A stretch of DNA of 49,298 nt from Candidatus Yanofskybacteria bacterium (GTDB lineage Bacteria; Patescibacteriota; Minisyncoccia; 2-02-FULL-40-12; IGHO2-01-FULL-4-A): the NCBI GenBank assembly GCA_016185545.1, contig JACPNJ010000002.1, positions 1 to 49,298 of the forward strand, written 5' to 3'. This document shows, in pieces, positions 19,699 through 28,014 of this stretch; the stretch's first letter is position 1; each line of letters starts with the position of its first letter. The position numbers and the translations under genes are program-made. Under the pieces are notes generated by a model, which was not told the origin of the DNA, searched no databases, and saw only the letters and a program-made list of their open reading frames with translations.

Positions 19699-20994
19699 TT
19701 ATCTAAACTTTACCCCCCCCCTCACCTTTACTCCTCCTCTGACCTTAATATCGGGAGCGCTAGTCGGTTCAGTATAGTTAAAATAGCCGCTGAATTTAAA
19801 AAGCGGATCGCCTTGAGCGCTCCAGCTGGCTGGAAGGGTGCTAACACTGCAGATATAACTCGATTGGCTGGCCGCGACGGTGTCATATTCGTTCATCCAT
19901 TTGGTACCGTCAACTGAAAAAGCGGGACCATTAGAAGCAGTGGCAATCCAATATGTAGTCCCATTTATCAAAGAAAAGGTACCAGTCCCGGAAATGGCAT
20001 AACGGGTTTTGGTGGCGTTTAAAGATAATACACTGCTTATGCGATCAAGACGCGTAGTTGGACCGCTGCTGTAAAGGCCAAGCTCAACAGTATCACTAGC
20101 AGCACCTGTATCAAGCCTGCCATACCAACTGCCGCCGGAAATGGTGGAACCAGTGGCTCCCGGAAAAGCGCCGGCATTGTAAGCCAACGCGCAATCATCC
20201 GTACCATCCTCGCTCGCGCCGTCACCTGTGAATCCGTAAGTCGGGTCAACTGTTACCGGATAAGCGGCGTTGTCTAAAAAATCACGCGGCACAGTAACGC
20301 TCAAAACCCCGTCGGCGTAGGAAAGCTTAGCCCATATTTCCTTGCCCGTGGCGTCAATTATTTTGGGTCGGAATATGTGCATTACTTTTCCCGCGGCATA
20401 ATTAATATCCCCGATTCTGTGGTTGCGCTTGGTTTTGGAATAGACAGCATAAGAACCCACTACATTTTCCGGTCGATAAGACGTTCGTTTTCCGTCTTTG
20501 TCAAAACATTCCGTTTCAGTGCAGGACACGGACCTGGGATTTTTGTTACCGTCCACAAAGTCCTCATCCAGCGGTTTTTGATAAAAGAAATCCAAATCTT
20601 CCCAGCCGTCAAGCGTGAAATCAAATTTGTTGCTCGTGGGGTTTTCTTTTAAAATAAGTTCTACTTCAACTCCGCCGTCTTCCATATGACTCGCGGCCGC
20701 GAGCGGATACGCGTGAATTTCTTCTTTTTCGCCTTTCCACTCCATCCTGTTAGTCAAAAATGTTCTTTCGCCGGGAACTTGAAGTTGGGGGTAAGAAACG
20801 CCCAAACTTACTTCCCCGTTCCATTTATTCAAGGTTACTTTTGGCTGGGTTCTAAGCAGTTCTACATTTATTGTTCCGGCATTTGCCAAGGTTGATTTTA
20901 TCTCAATTTTATATTTATCCGTTTTTTCTGTAGATAAACCGAATTCAACAACAAAAATTAAGGCTATTATCGACAAACCTAAAAATAGTTTCAT
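19699..20994 (-). CDS. Secreted hypothetical protein with YPVxVDP-ending domain and C-terminal (V/I)K(V/I)RGG repeat tail
   Basis: N-terminal hydrophobic signal; FLDNAAYPVTVDPT motif as seen in N-terminal domains of wall-associated/virion proteins; ends IKVRGGVKVRGGVKFR. Confidence 0.8.
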   Translation of the reverse strand: MKLFLGLSIIALIFVVEFGLSTEKTDKYKIEIKSTLANAGTINVELLRTQPKVTLNKWNGEVSLGVSYPQLQVPGERTFLTNRMEWKGEKEEIHAYPLAAASHMEDGGVEVELILKENPTSNKFDFTLDGWEDLDFFYQKPLDEDFVDGNKNPRSVSCTETECFDKDGKRTSYRPENVVGSYAVYSKTKRNHRIGDINYAAGKVMHIFRPKIIDATGKEIWAKLSYADGVLSVTVPRDFLDNAAYPVTVDPTYGFTGDGASEDGTDDCALAYNAGAFPGATGSTISGGSWYGRLDTGAASDTVELGLYSSGPTTRLDRISSVLSLNATKTRYAISGTGTFSLINGTTYWIATASNGPAFSVDGTKWMNEYDTVAASQSSYICSVSTLPASWSAQGDPLFKFSGYFNYTEPTSAPDIKVRGGVKVRGGVKFR

Positions 20995-21000
20995 TTTAAA

Positions 21001-24000
21001 TTATTTTATTTGTTCTATGCCTACGGAATAGAAGGTGGAAGGACTTGATTGGTTATTATATTCGGTTTGTACCCAATCGGCGGATAAGACCGAGTTTACA
21101 ATTCTAACCTCATCGAACTTGCCATGCCAGCTTCGGTTGTTCGTTGGAATTCTATTTCCAATAACATAAGCATCCGCATTTACGCTGGCAATCCCGGATG
21201 CATTGAAGTTGATGATAAGCGGTTTGGCCGCGCCGTCCACGTAAAAAATCGGGTCATTCGATGCCAAGCTTGAGTCGTAAGTTACCACAATATGATGAAA
21301 CACACCCGCGGACGGCGGCGCCACGGCCCATTCCGCCTGTCCGTTTGAGAAAAAACGGGAATAATACAACGCATCACCGTTATAGACATTGTTGTAAAGA
21401 AGCTCGGCATTTGCCCCTCCCGTTTGTTTTTCAAAATAGCGTCCCAAACCGTTTTCTCCTTCGCTGGTTCGAAGCGCCCAAAATTCATAGCTCCTCGCGC
21501 TGTTATTTAACGTAACATCTGTTCTTATAGAATCGCCTGCACCGTCGAAGCTAGCCGCTCCATCAATCCTCCCGCTTGTTGCCACAGACCCAGAAATTGT
21601 TCCGCTTACACCATTTACGGAATTGACGGCGTTCAGTGTCGCGCCGTTTGATAGATGCCATACACCCGTGTACCCGGCGTTCCATGTTTCGGCCACATTG
21701 CCCTGGAAAGAAGAAATGGCCGGGTTACCGTAGCAGACCGCGAAGGTCGTATCCGAGAGATGCGAAACATTCGGTATCTTTACCCATGCATTCACGACTC
21801 CAGTCGCGGAGTTATAAGTTTCCATTTCCCAATTCAGAAGCGTAAGGCACGTTGAGTCGGTGGCAAAAACAATATCATGTCCGTTGCTGTTTTGCGCCTT
21901 TCCCCCGTTCGGAACAGTGGCAAGGTAATTGTACGTACCGCTTACGAGAACAGGAAAGTTGGCTTGATCGGTATTTGGAACCTTGAGGTGATCAATTGTA
22001 ATGACGCGAGAGAAAGAATAGCCGCTTGCTGGCAATGACAGAGTTGTCGCGCCCACCATAGTGGACTGCCCCGATACATTTCCCGCCGCGTCAAACGCGG
22101 ATACTGTGTAAGAATACGCGGTTGAAGGGGTAAGACCGGTGTCATTATAGGAGGTTGTGACACTTGTTCCCGCTTGGATTCCATTTCTGAATATCCTGTA
22201 ACCGGTTACTCCCACGTTATCCGTGGAAGCGGTCCAGGAGAGATTGATTTGGGAAGATGAGATGACAGTGGCGGTGAGGTTAGTGGGGACGGAAGGGGCG
22301 GTGGTGTCGGGAGTAGTCGTCGTAAACGTAAAGTCTCCGGAAGTCGCCAGGTTTCCGGATGAATCTTTGGATTTAACTCGGTAGTGCCAGAGGGTTGAGG
22401 CGGAAAGTCCTGAAATAGTTTGGGAGTGCGCGGTAACGGCGCTTGTATTAAGTATCGTGGAGTTTCCGTACGCAGTGGTAAGCCCGTATTCTACTTGGGT
22501 GTCAGAAGATTCATCTGTCGTCCAGGTTATCGTGGCGCCGGAGGAAGTGACGGAAGAGGAGGTGACTGCTGAAATGACGGGGGCGGTGGTGTCGGGAGGC
22601 GGAGGGGTAGCACCACTACCGGAAGTGAGTTTTAAAATATACGCATTGTTGTCTATGTCGTTAACGAGAACGTGGGCGTTTAGTGAGGGAATATATCGCA
22701 ACCGCCCAAACGTGCCGTTAAATTCACTGGAGTTTATCGGTCCGCCGGCAAAAGTCTGCGAGGTGCAGGTTTTAGTATCCGGATTAAATAAGTAAACCGT
22801 ATTGCCGCTATTCGGCCAGCCGACAATGCGGTCTAAAATCGGATCATAGCTCAAGCCGGGATATCTTGCGCTCATGAGCGCTCCGCAACCGCCAGTGGAG
22901 GCCTGCGCGCTCCAATCCTGAACCGCGTAATTGCTCCCCGGAGCAATACTTATAGCTTTGACAAAAGCTCCAGAGTTTCCGAATTCAGTTCCAAAAAAGA
23001 TAAAAAGTTTTTTTACAGGATCAATAACGCCGTTAGACTCGAAAGGTACGGATTCGAAGCCGTTTAATAAAGCATATGTGTTTGTGTCGTAATTATACGA
23101 CCAAAATTTGCTTGTGTCTGTGGCAAATACTAAGCGAGTATTTGGGTCATAATCCGAAAGGACCACATTATTGAAGACGCTTGCCTGGGTTGGCCCGTTT
23201 GTGGGGTCCATGCGAGTCCATTGGAGCGTGGATAAATTCAAAGTCCATGTCGCGGAAGTGGTATTTCCAGCCGCACAGGCCCTGGAACCGCCATGAGCAT
23301 ACATCCTATCGGCATGCTGAACATACGCCAAACCGCCATAAGTGTGCCGGGAATTGGGTTTGCCGTCGGCCATAGTCTCCGGACAGGAAGAATCAGCAAT
23401 TGGCACAGAGGGATCATTCAGGCGGGTCATGGTAATCGGATTGGCACCCAGGTTCAGAGAATATATTTCATTTCCATAATAGTCGTTGTGTCCCCCTCCC
23501 CAGATGATCAGCCGGTCACGCATAGTATCCGCCATGGCGCCACCCCACGCGCCAGTAACCCATTCGCAAAAAAAACCAAAATCATACGTTGTTCCGCCAA
23601 AATTATTCGGCGGACAAACCGCACGAATCTTCGTATTCAAAAGCTCGTTCCAACCGATGTTGTAGCTACTGACTGTTGCCACAGCTGTCGTAAACGTAAA
23701 GTCCCCCGACGTTGCCAGATTGCTTGAGGCGTCTTTTGATTTGACTCGGTAGTGATAGAGAGTGGAAGCAGTAAGGCCGGTAAGATTGGCTGAATGAGCA
23801 GCAACGAGCGAGGTATTAAGTGCGGTCGAAAAGCCATAGCTCGTCGTGGTGCCGTATTCTACTTGGGTATCTGACGCTTCATTTGTCGTCCAGGTTATCG
23901 TGGCGCCGGAGGAAGTTATGGAAGAGGAGGTAACTGCTGAAATAACGGGGGCTGTGGTGTCGGGAGCAGTCGTCGTAAACGTAAAGTCTCCGGAAGTCGC

Positions 24001-24867
24001 CAGGTTTCCGGATGAATCTTTGGATTTAACTCGGTAGTGCCAGAGAGTGGAAGCGGAAAGTCCGGAGATAGTTTGGGAATGCGCGGTAACAGGGCTTGTA
24101 TTAAGTATCGTGGAGTTTCCGTACGCGGTGGTAAGCCCGTATTCTACTTGGGTGTCAGAAGATTCATCTGTGGTCCAGGTTATCGTGGCGCCGGAGGAAG
24201 TGACGGAAGAGGAGGTGACTGCTGAAATGACGGGGACGGTGGTATCGGGAACAGTTTCAAGCGTCGCATATAAAGACCAGTGAGAGGACGTTGTTGAGGG
24301 AGCCGTTGAAAACGTAACCGGCATAGTTCCATATATAAAAGAGTAGTACCTGCCGCTTATGCCGGCGGTAACGTTTTTTCTGAAGGCAAGGGTATTGCTA
24401 CTTGGCAGATAAGCCAGCCAGTATGTACCCGCGGGCAGAGAGACGGGACTGATGACGTTGGTCGTGTTCCAACCGGTGACAGGAGTGAAACTCGCGGTTT
24501 CAGCTCGTTTGGCACCGGGTCCTCCTCCGGGGCCGGTGGCGTCATAGATGCCAAGGCGGAGAGAGCCGGCGGCGGTAGTAATATAGAAAGAGAGGCTTTG
24601 GATAGTGGCGGATTGAGAGAGTAAGGTGTTTTGGGCTACGAGGAGATTAGCGTTTCTACTGTCATCAAGACTTAAGATGTTAGTTTCTCCGATGGTGATG
24701 GCTGCAGCCAGTACATATCCTCTATTATTATTTCCCAAGGGCTTGTCAAAAGTTAGGACTTGCAAATGCTGAACGAAAATCAAGACTAAAACCGCCAAGA
24801 AAAGCGCTGCCAAGAAAAGCGCTGCTTTCCTTAGAGAAGAACTAAAATCATTAAATGTTATTTTCAT
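21001..24867 (-). CDS. Secreted Fn3 + Kelch-like propeller + DUF2341/LamG-like protein
   Basis: Signal/TM segment, Fn3 repeats, LIIWGGGHNDYYGNEIY propeller-like domain, NFPVLVS...DIVF...WVKIP (DUF2341-like) and a LamG C-terminus (WHGKFDEVRI...SADWVQTEYNNQ). Confidence 0.85.
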   Translation of the reverse strand: MKITFNDFSSSLRKAALFLAALFLAVLVLIFVQHLQVLTFDKPLGNNNRGYVLAAAITIGETNILSLDDSRNANLLVAQNTLLSQSATIQSLSFYITTAAGSLRLGIYDATGPGGGPGAKRAETASFTPVTGWNTTNVISPVSLPAGTYWLAYLPSSNTLAFRKNVTAGISGRYYSFIYGTMPVTFSTAPSTTSSHWSLYATLETVPDTTVPVISAVTSSSVTSSGATITWTTDESSDTQVEYGLTTAYGNSTILNTSPVTAHSQTISGLSASTLWHYRVKSKDSSGNLATSGDFTFTTTAPDTTAPVISAVTSSSITSSGATITWTTNEASDTQVEYGTTTSYGFSTALNTSLVAAHSANLTGLTASTLYHYRVKSKDASSNLATSGDFTFTTAVATVSSYNIGWNELLNTKIRAVCPPNNFGGTTYDFGFFCEWVTGAWGGAMADTMRDRLIIWGGGHNDYYGNEIYSLNLGANPITMTRLNDPSVPIADSSCPETMADGKPNSRHTYGGLAYVQHADRMYAHGGSRACAAGNTTSATWTLNLSTLQWTRMDPTNGPTQASVFNNVVLSDYDPNTRLVFATDTSKFWSYNYDTNTYALLNGFESVPFESNGVIDPVKKLFIFFGTEFGNSGAFVKAISIAPGSNYAVQDWSAQASTGGCGALMSARYPGLSYDPILDRIVGWPNSGNTVYLFNPDTKTCTSQTFAGGPINSSEFNGTFGRLRYIPSLNAHVLVNDIDNNAYILKLTSGSGATPPPPDTTAPVISAVTSSSVTSSGATITWTTDESSDTQVEYGLTTAYGNSTILNTSAVTAHSQTISGLSASTLWHYRVKSKDSSGNLATSGDFTFTTTTPDTTAPSVPTNLTATVISSSQINLSWTASTDNVGVTGYRIFRNGIQAGTSVTTSYNDTGLTPSTAYSYTVSAFDAAGNVSGQSTMVGATTLSLPASGYSFSRVITIDHLKVPNTDQANFPVLVSGTYNYLATVPNGGKAQNSNGHDIVFATDSTCLTLLNWEMETYNSATGVVNAWVKIPNVSHLSDTTFAVCYGNPAISSFQGNVAETWNAGYTGVWHLSNGATLNAVNSVNGVSGTISGSVATSGRIDGAASFDGAGDSIRTDVTLNNSARSYEFWALRTSEGENGLGRYFEKQTGGANAELLYNNVYNGDALYYSRFFSNGQAEWAVAPPSAGVFHHIVVTYDSSLASNDPIFYVDGAAKPLIINFNASGIASVNADAYVIGNRIPTNNRSWHGKFDEVRIVNSVLSADWVQTEYNNQSSPSTFYSVGIEQIK

Positions 24868-24912
24868 AGGTTTATTTCACTAGGGAATATTAGTTGTTTT
24901 TTAATTTCACTT

Positions 24913-25719
24913 TTACCTGACTTTAATCCCGCCCCTGATTTTGACCCCGCCCCTGATTTTAACGGATGGCCCAGCAGAGCTGGCGGCCGCTCCAGGCGGT
25001 TTGAAGCTTGCCACCAATGCCGTCCAATTATCGTTGAGGTCTAATGAAAATGTTCCCGCAATCGTACCCGCGGTTGTTAGCTCCTGCCATTCTCCCGCCA
25101 ATTTTGAATTTGAACCCCCCGGAGGAACCGCTATCAAATTCAAATAATTGGTTCCCGCAGTATATGAAATTGAATTAGCGGAGTTGCTCCCGATGGCAAA
25201 AATCAATTCTCCATTTACGGTCGTAGTGATATTTCCACTATTAAGATTAACCGAGCCATCAGCTTGAGCGCTGTTCGTCTGGTCTAGAGCGTTTGTAGTG
25301 GCCACTCCGCTGAACTCGTAAAGCACAATACGTAGTGTTGCCGCAGCTCCGCTAATGCCAATAGTCAAGGTATCAGCTCCTGCCGCAATGTTCATTGCGT
25401 ACTGAATAAAAGTTTCGTGTCCGTCGGTTGTCTGGACTTGATTCTTCGCCTGAGCATAAGTATTGCCAGCTGTATCGGTGATGGTCAGGGTTCTTCCCGT
25501 GGCTCCCACGCGCACTCCGACCGCGATGAAGTTTCCAGCCGTGTTATTGCTGGTAAAGGCAAGGGTAGTTGAGGTAACACTGCCTGCGTCTAATGATGTG
25601 TTTTGAACAAAAGCAATGGCCGCCTTGGTTTTTTTAATTTGAAAATTATAAACCCCGGCAACGGTGAATATAACTACCAATAAGATAAGGGATGTTTTTT
25701 TGATGGTTTTAAGAGTCAT
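24913..25719 (-). CDS. Secreted protein paralogous to the N-terminal domain of the 19319 gene; C-terminal VKIRGG repeat tail
   Basis: Signal peptide similar to that of 19319 (TIKKT..L.V..T.AGVYNFQI...AA), AIAFVQ domain; ends VKIRGGVKIRGGIKVR. Confidence 0.85.
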   Translation of the reverse strand: MTLKTIKKTSLILLVVIFTVAGVYNFQIKKTKAAIAFVQNTSLDAGSVTSTTLAFTSNNTAGNFIAVGVRVGATGRTLTITDTAGNTYAQAKNQVQTTDGHETFIQYAMNIAAGADTLTIGISGAAATLRIVLYEFSGVATTNALDQTNSAQADGSVNLNSGNITTTVNGELIFAIGSNSANSISYTAGTNYLNLIAVPPGGSNSKLAGEWQELTTAGTIAGTFSLDLNDNWTALVASFKPPGAAASSAGPSVKIRGGVKIRGGIKVR

Positions 25720-25740
25720 ATTTAACTAGACTAGCCTAAG

Positions 25741-25776
25741 TTTTAGCATAGCATGTAATTTTAGCATAGCATGTAA
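25741..25776. repeat. 18-bp tandem direct repeat containing an extended -10-like box on the minus strand
   Basis: ttttagcatagcatgtaa twice; the minus strand reads TGc-TATGCT. Confidence 0.8.
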
Positions 25777-26211
25777 GTTAAGTATGTTGAAAACATAGAA
25801 ACTGTTTATAACTAAACTAATAACTAACCAATAATAACTAAATACTTTATTTTAATCAATAGTCTATTGTAAAATATTCAATTAATCGTACGTAAAAAAC
25901 TCGGGGATTGGATTTTTATCGGAATCTAGGTTTGTAGATTAGGTTTACTTCTATTTGCTTGCTTGATGGGTTTTATAATACTCAAGTATTTATAATCTGT
26001 TAAACTATTTATAGGTTTATTAATGTTTTTGGCAACAAATTATCATACTTAAAAAGAAAAAGCTAACCGTTTGTTTCCTACCTAGAACAGAGAGTAGTGG
26101 ACGATGTTAGAACCTATTGGATGACTACGGACGAAAGGTTCTTCATTCCAAAGTTATCACGCAATGTCGCTATTCTCAAATGAAAAAGCGGATTGATGTT
26201 ATCGCACCGCT

Positions 26212-26496
26212 TTAATATTCGTGCGGGTTGATTTCTATATTCTCCTCGTTTTCTGTGAACAGAGCGAGCGCAACATATTCTCTATCAAAAAAGAAAGCGC
26301 AAATAGTTACATTTCTTCCGCGTCCGTCACTGAAATCACAGCTCCCGATGCTTGAACCAACATATCGAGGCGTTATTCTGATATTGTGTCTTGGTTCTGA
26401 TTTTGTCTCGAAAACGGCTTCTTCGCTTGTTCGCGAAATCAATTCGCACTCATAATCATATGTTTGTCCGTATGCCTTTCCACGAACAATTATCAT
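26212..26496 (-). CDS. Hypothetical protein
   Basis: 94-aa ORF preceded by purine-rich aaggagagag. Confidence 0.6.
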   Translation of the reverse strand: MIIVRGKAYGQTYDYECELISRTSEEAVFETKSEPRHNIRITPRYVGSSIGSCDFSDGRGRNVTICAFFFDREYVALALFTENEENIEINPHEY

Positions 26497-26597
26497 TGTC
26501 TCTCTCCTTGTAAAAATGCTGTCTGTTCTTATTCCTTTTTATCAAACCTCAACATTATATGCAATGGGTCCTAACGTCTCACCTGTCGGGGTCAAGA

Positions 26598-26852
26598 TTA
26601 CTGGGTTAATGTGTCACTCAACATCATACGAAGGGTCGATTTCCCCTTATCTGTTTTGAAGTATTTTTCTCTGCGTTTTGCGTCCGTCATGCTTTTGTAT
26701 GCTTCGTAGAAAATCAGTCCAAAGGGTCTCCGCGGTTTTGTTGAAACAACTTTGCCTTCGTTGTGCTCATTAAATCTTTTTCGTAAATCGGTTGTATAGC
26801 CGATATATAGTTTTTTATCTTTCAGACTTTGTAAGATGTAGATGTAATACAT
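26598..26852 (-). CDS. Small GIY-YIG nuclease (UPF0213/YhbQ-like)
   Basis: MYYIYILQS...LYIGYTTDLRKRFNEHN...AKRREKYFK; true start is ATG 26852. Confidence 0.92.
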   Translation of the reverse strand: MYYIYILQSLKDKKLYIGYTTDLRKRFNEHNEGKVVSTKPRRPFGLIFYEAYKSMTDAKRREKYFKTDKGKSTLRMMLSDTLTQ

Positions 26853-26868
26853 TGTTGTAGGGTATGGC

Positions 26869-26920
26869 GCCATGCACCACGTGGGATGCATGGCAGCCGT
26901 GAACCCTACGTGGTTCACGG
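26869..26920. repeat. Two tandem hairpins between tRNA-Ser and the GIY-YIG gene
   Basis: gccatgca/tgcatggc (26869-26894) and ccgtgaacc/ggttcacgg (26897-26920); both centres contain ACGTG. Confidence 0.7.
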
Positions 26921-27005
26921 CGGAAGGGGTGGGATTCGAACCCACGAGACCCCGAAGGGTCACGGCTTTCCAAGCCGTTGCACTAGACCGCTATGCGACC
27001 CTTCC
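26921..27005 (-). tRNA. tRNA-Ser(GGA), CCA not encoded
   Basis: Acceptor GGAAGGG/CCCTTCC plus G73, anticodon acggc-ttGGAaa-gccgt, long variable arm, GGTTCGAATCC. Confidence 0.96.
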
Positions 27006-27103
27006 ACGTTTTTTCAATCTTTTAACCAGCAAATTGAACTGTCGGCCACGGTCAAATTAGTTTTTGAACTTTTCAAAACTCTTGGCCGCCGAAGAAAACA
27101 ATA

Positions 27104-28006
27104 TCACGGAATTCGCATCCCGCGTAAAATTTTAATTCTGTCAGCTAATGGAGGATGAGTCATAAAGAGTCGGGCCAGCCAGCTCATGCCCTCTTTACCT
27201 TTGAAGGGTGAGGAAATAAATAGATGGGCGGTGGCATTGTGAGCGTGTTCAAGACGGCTAGAGTCATGGCCGATTTTTTCAAGAGCTGAAGCAAGCCCGT
27301 CAGGATATCGGGTCAAAAGCGCGCCGGAGGCATCGGCTAAAAACTCGCGTTTGCGCGAGACGGCAAGTTGAATAAGCATTGATGCCAATGGAGCCAATAT
27401 CGCCGCGGCTAAACCTATTAGGAAAATCAATCCCCCGCTCCCACGGTTATCATCATCGCGTCCCCCGCCCCAAAAACTTACACGCAAGAACCAGTCAGCC
27501 ACAATCGCTATTACTCCCGCTAATACCACCACGACAGTGGAAATTAAAATATCCCGATTACCGATATGCGATAACTCGTGCGCCAGCACGCCTTCAAGCT
27601 CTTCGTTTTCAAGTTTTTGCAAAGCCCCAGCAGTCACGGCAATCGCGGCATGTTTTGGATCGCGTCCGGTGGCAAAGGCATTGATTTGCGGCGAATTTAT
27701 AATATAGATACGCGGCACCGGCAAACCGACAGTTATGCAAAGATTTTCAACTATGCGGTAAAGATAAAGATTTTCCTCACGCTTAATTGGCTTAGCGCCG
27801 GACATTGAAAGCGCGATTTTGTCAGAATGCCAGTAGGCAACAAGGTTCATGACCAGCGCCAACCCTACGGCAAAATACAAAATTCCCGGCGATTGCATCG
27901 CATAGCTTATCAGCCACCCCAACCCGATCACCAAAATCAAAAACACGGTTATCAATAACCACGTCTTGCGTATATTTGAATCTTTATGCGCGTATAAGTT
28001 AGACAT
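27104..28006 (-). CDS. htpX: Zinc metalloprotease HtpX (M48)
   Basis: NAFATGR, HELSH zinc motif, SRKREFLAD, THPP. Confidence 0.95.
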   Translation of the reverse strand: MSNLYAHKDSNIRKTWLLITVFLILVIGLGWLISYAMQSPGILYFAVGLALVMNLVAYWHSDKIALSMSGAKPIKREENLYLYRIVENLCITVGLPVPRIYIINSPQINAFATGRDPKHAAIAVTAGALQKLENEELEGVLAHELSHIGNRDILISTVVVVLAGVIAIVADWFLRVSFWGGGRDDDNRGSGGLIFLIGLAAAILAPLASMLIQLAVSRKREFLADASGALLTRYPDGLASALEKIGHDSSRLEHAHNATAHLFISSPFKGKEGMSWLARLFMTHPPLADRIKILRGMRIP

Positions 28007-28014
28007 ATTACTTG

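Noticed and set aside
24794-24826. 15-bp tandem repeat in a signal peptide (ALFLA twice)
   Set aside because: An in-frame micro-duplication with no evident consequence.
9992-24867. Repeats as a CRISPR array or DGR template/variable repeats
   Set aside because: The repeats are ~290-bp coding Fn3 modules with no repeat-spacer periodicity. No cas or reverse transcriptase gene is in the window, and the differences do not look adenine-specific (judged by eye).
26095-26160. Hammerhead-like motif (gaacct...ggatga...cgaaaggttc)
   Set aside because: The core is GGATGA rather than CTGATGA, and there is no room for stems I and II.
26853-26963. N-terminal extension of the GIY-YIG ORF in the ORF track
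   Set aside because: It runs through tRNA-Ser and the hairpins; the domain begins at MYYIY (26852).
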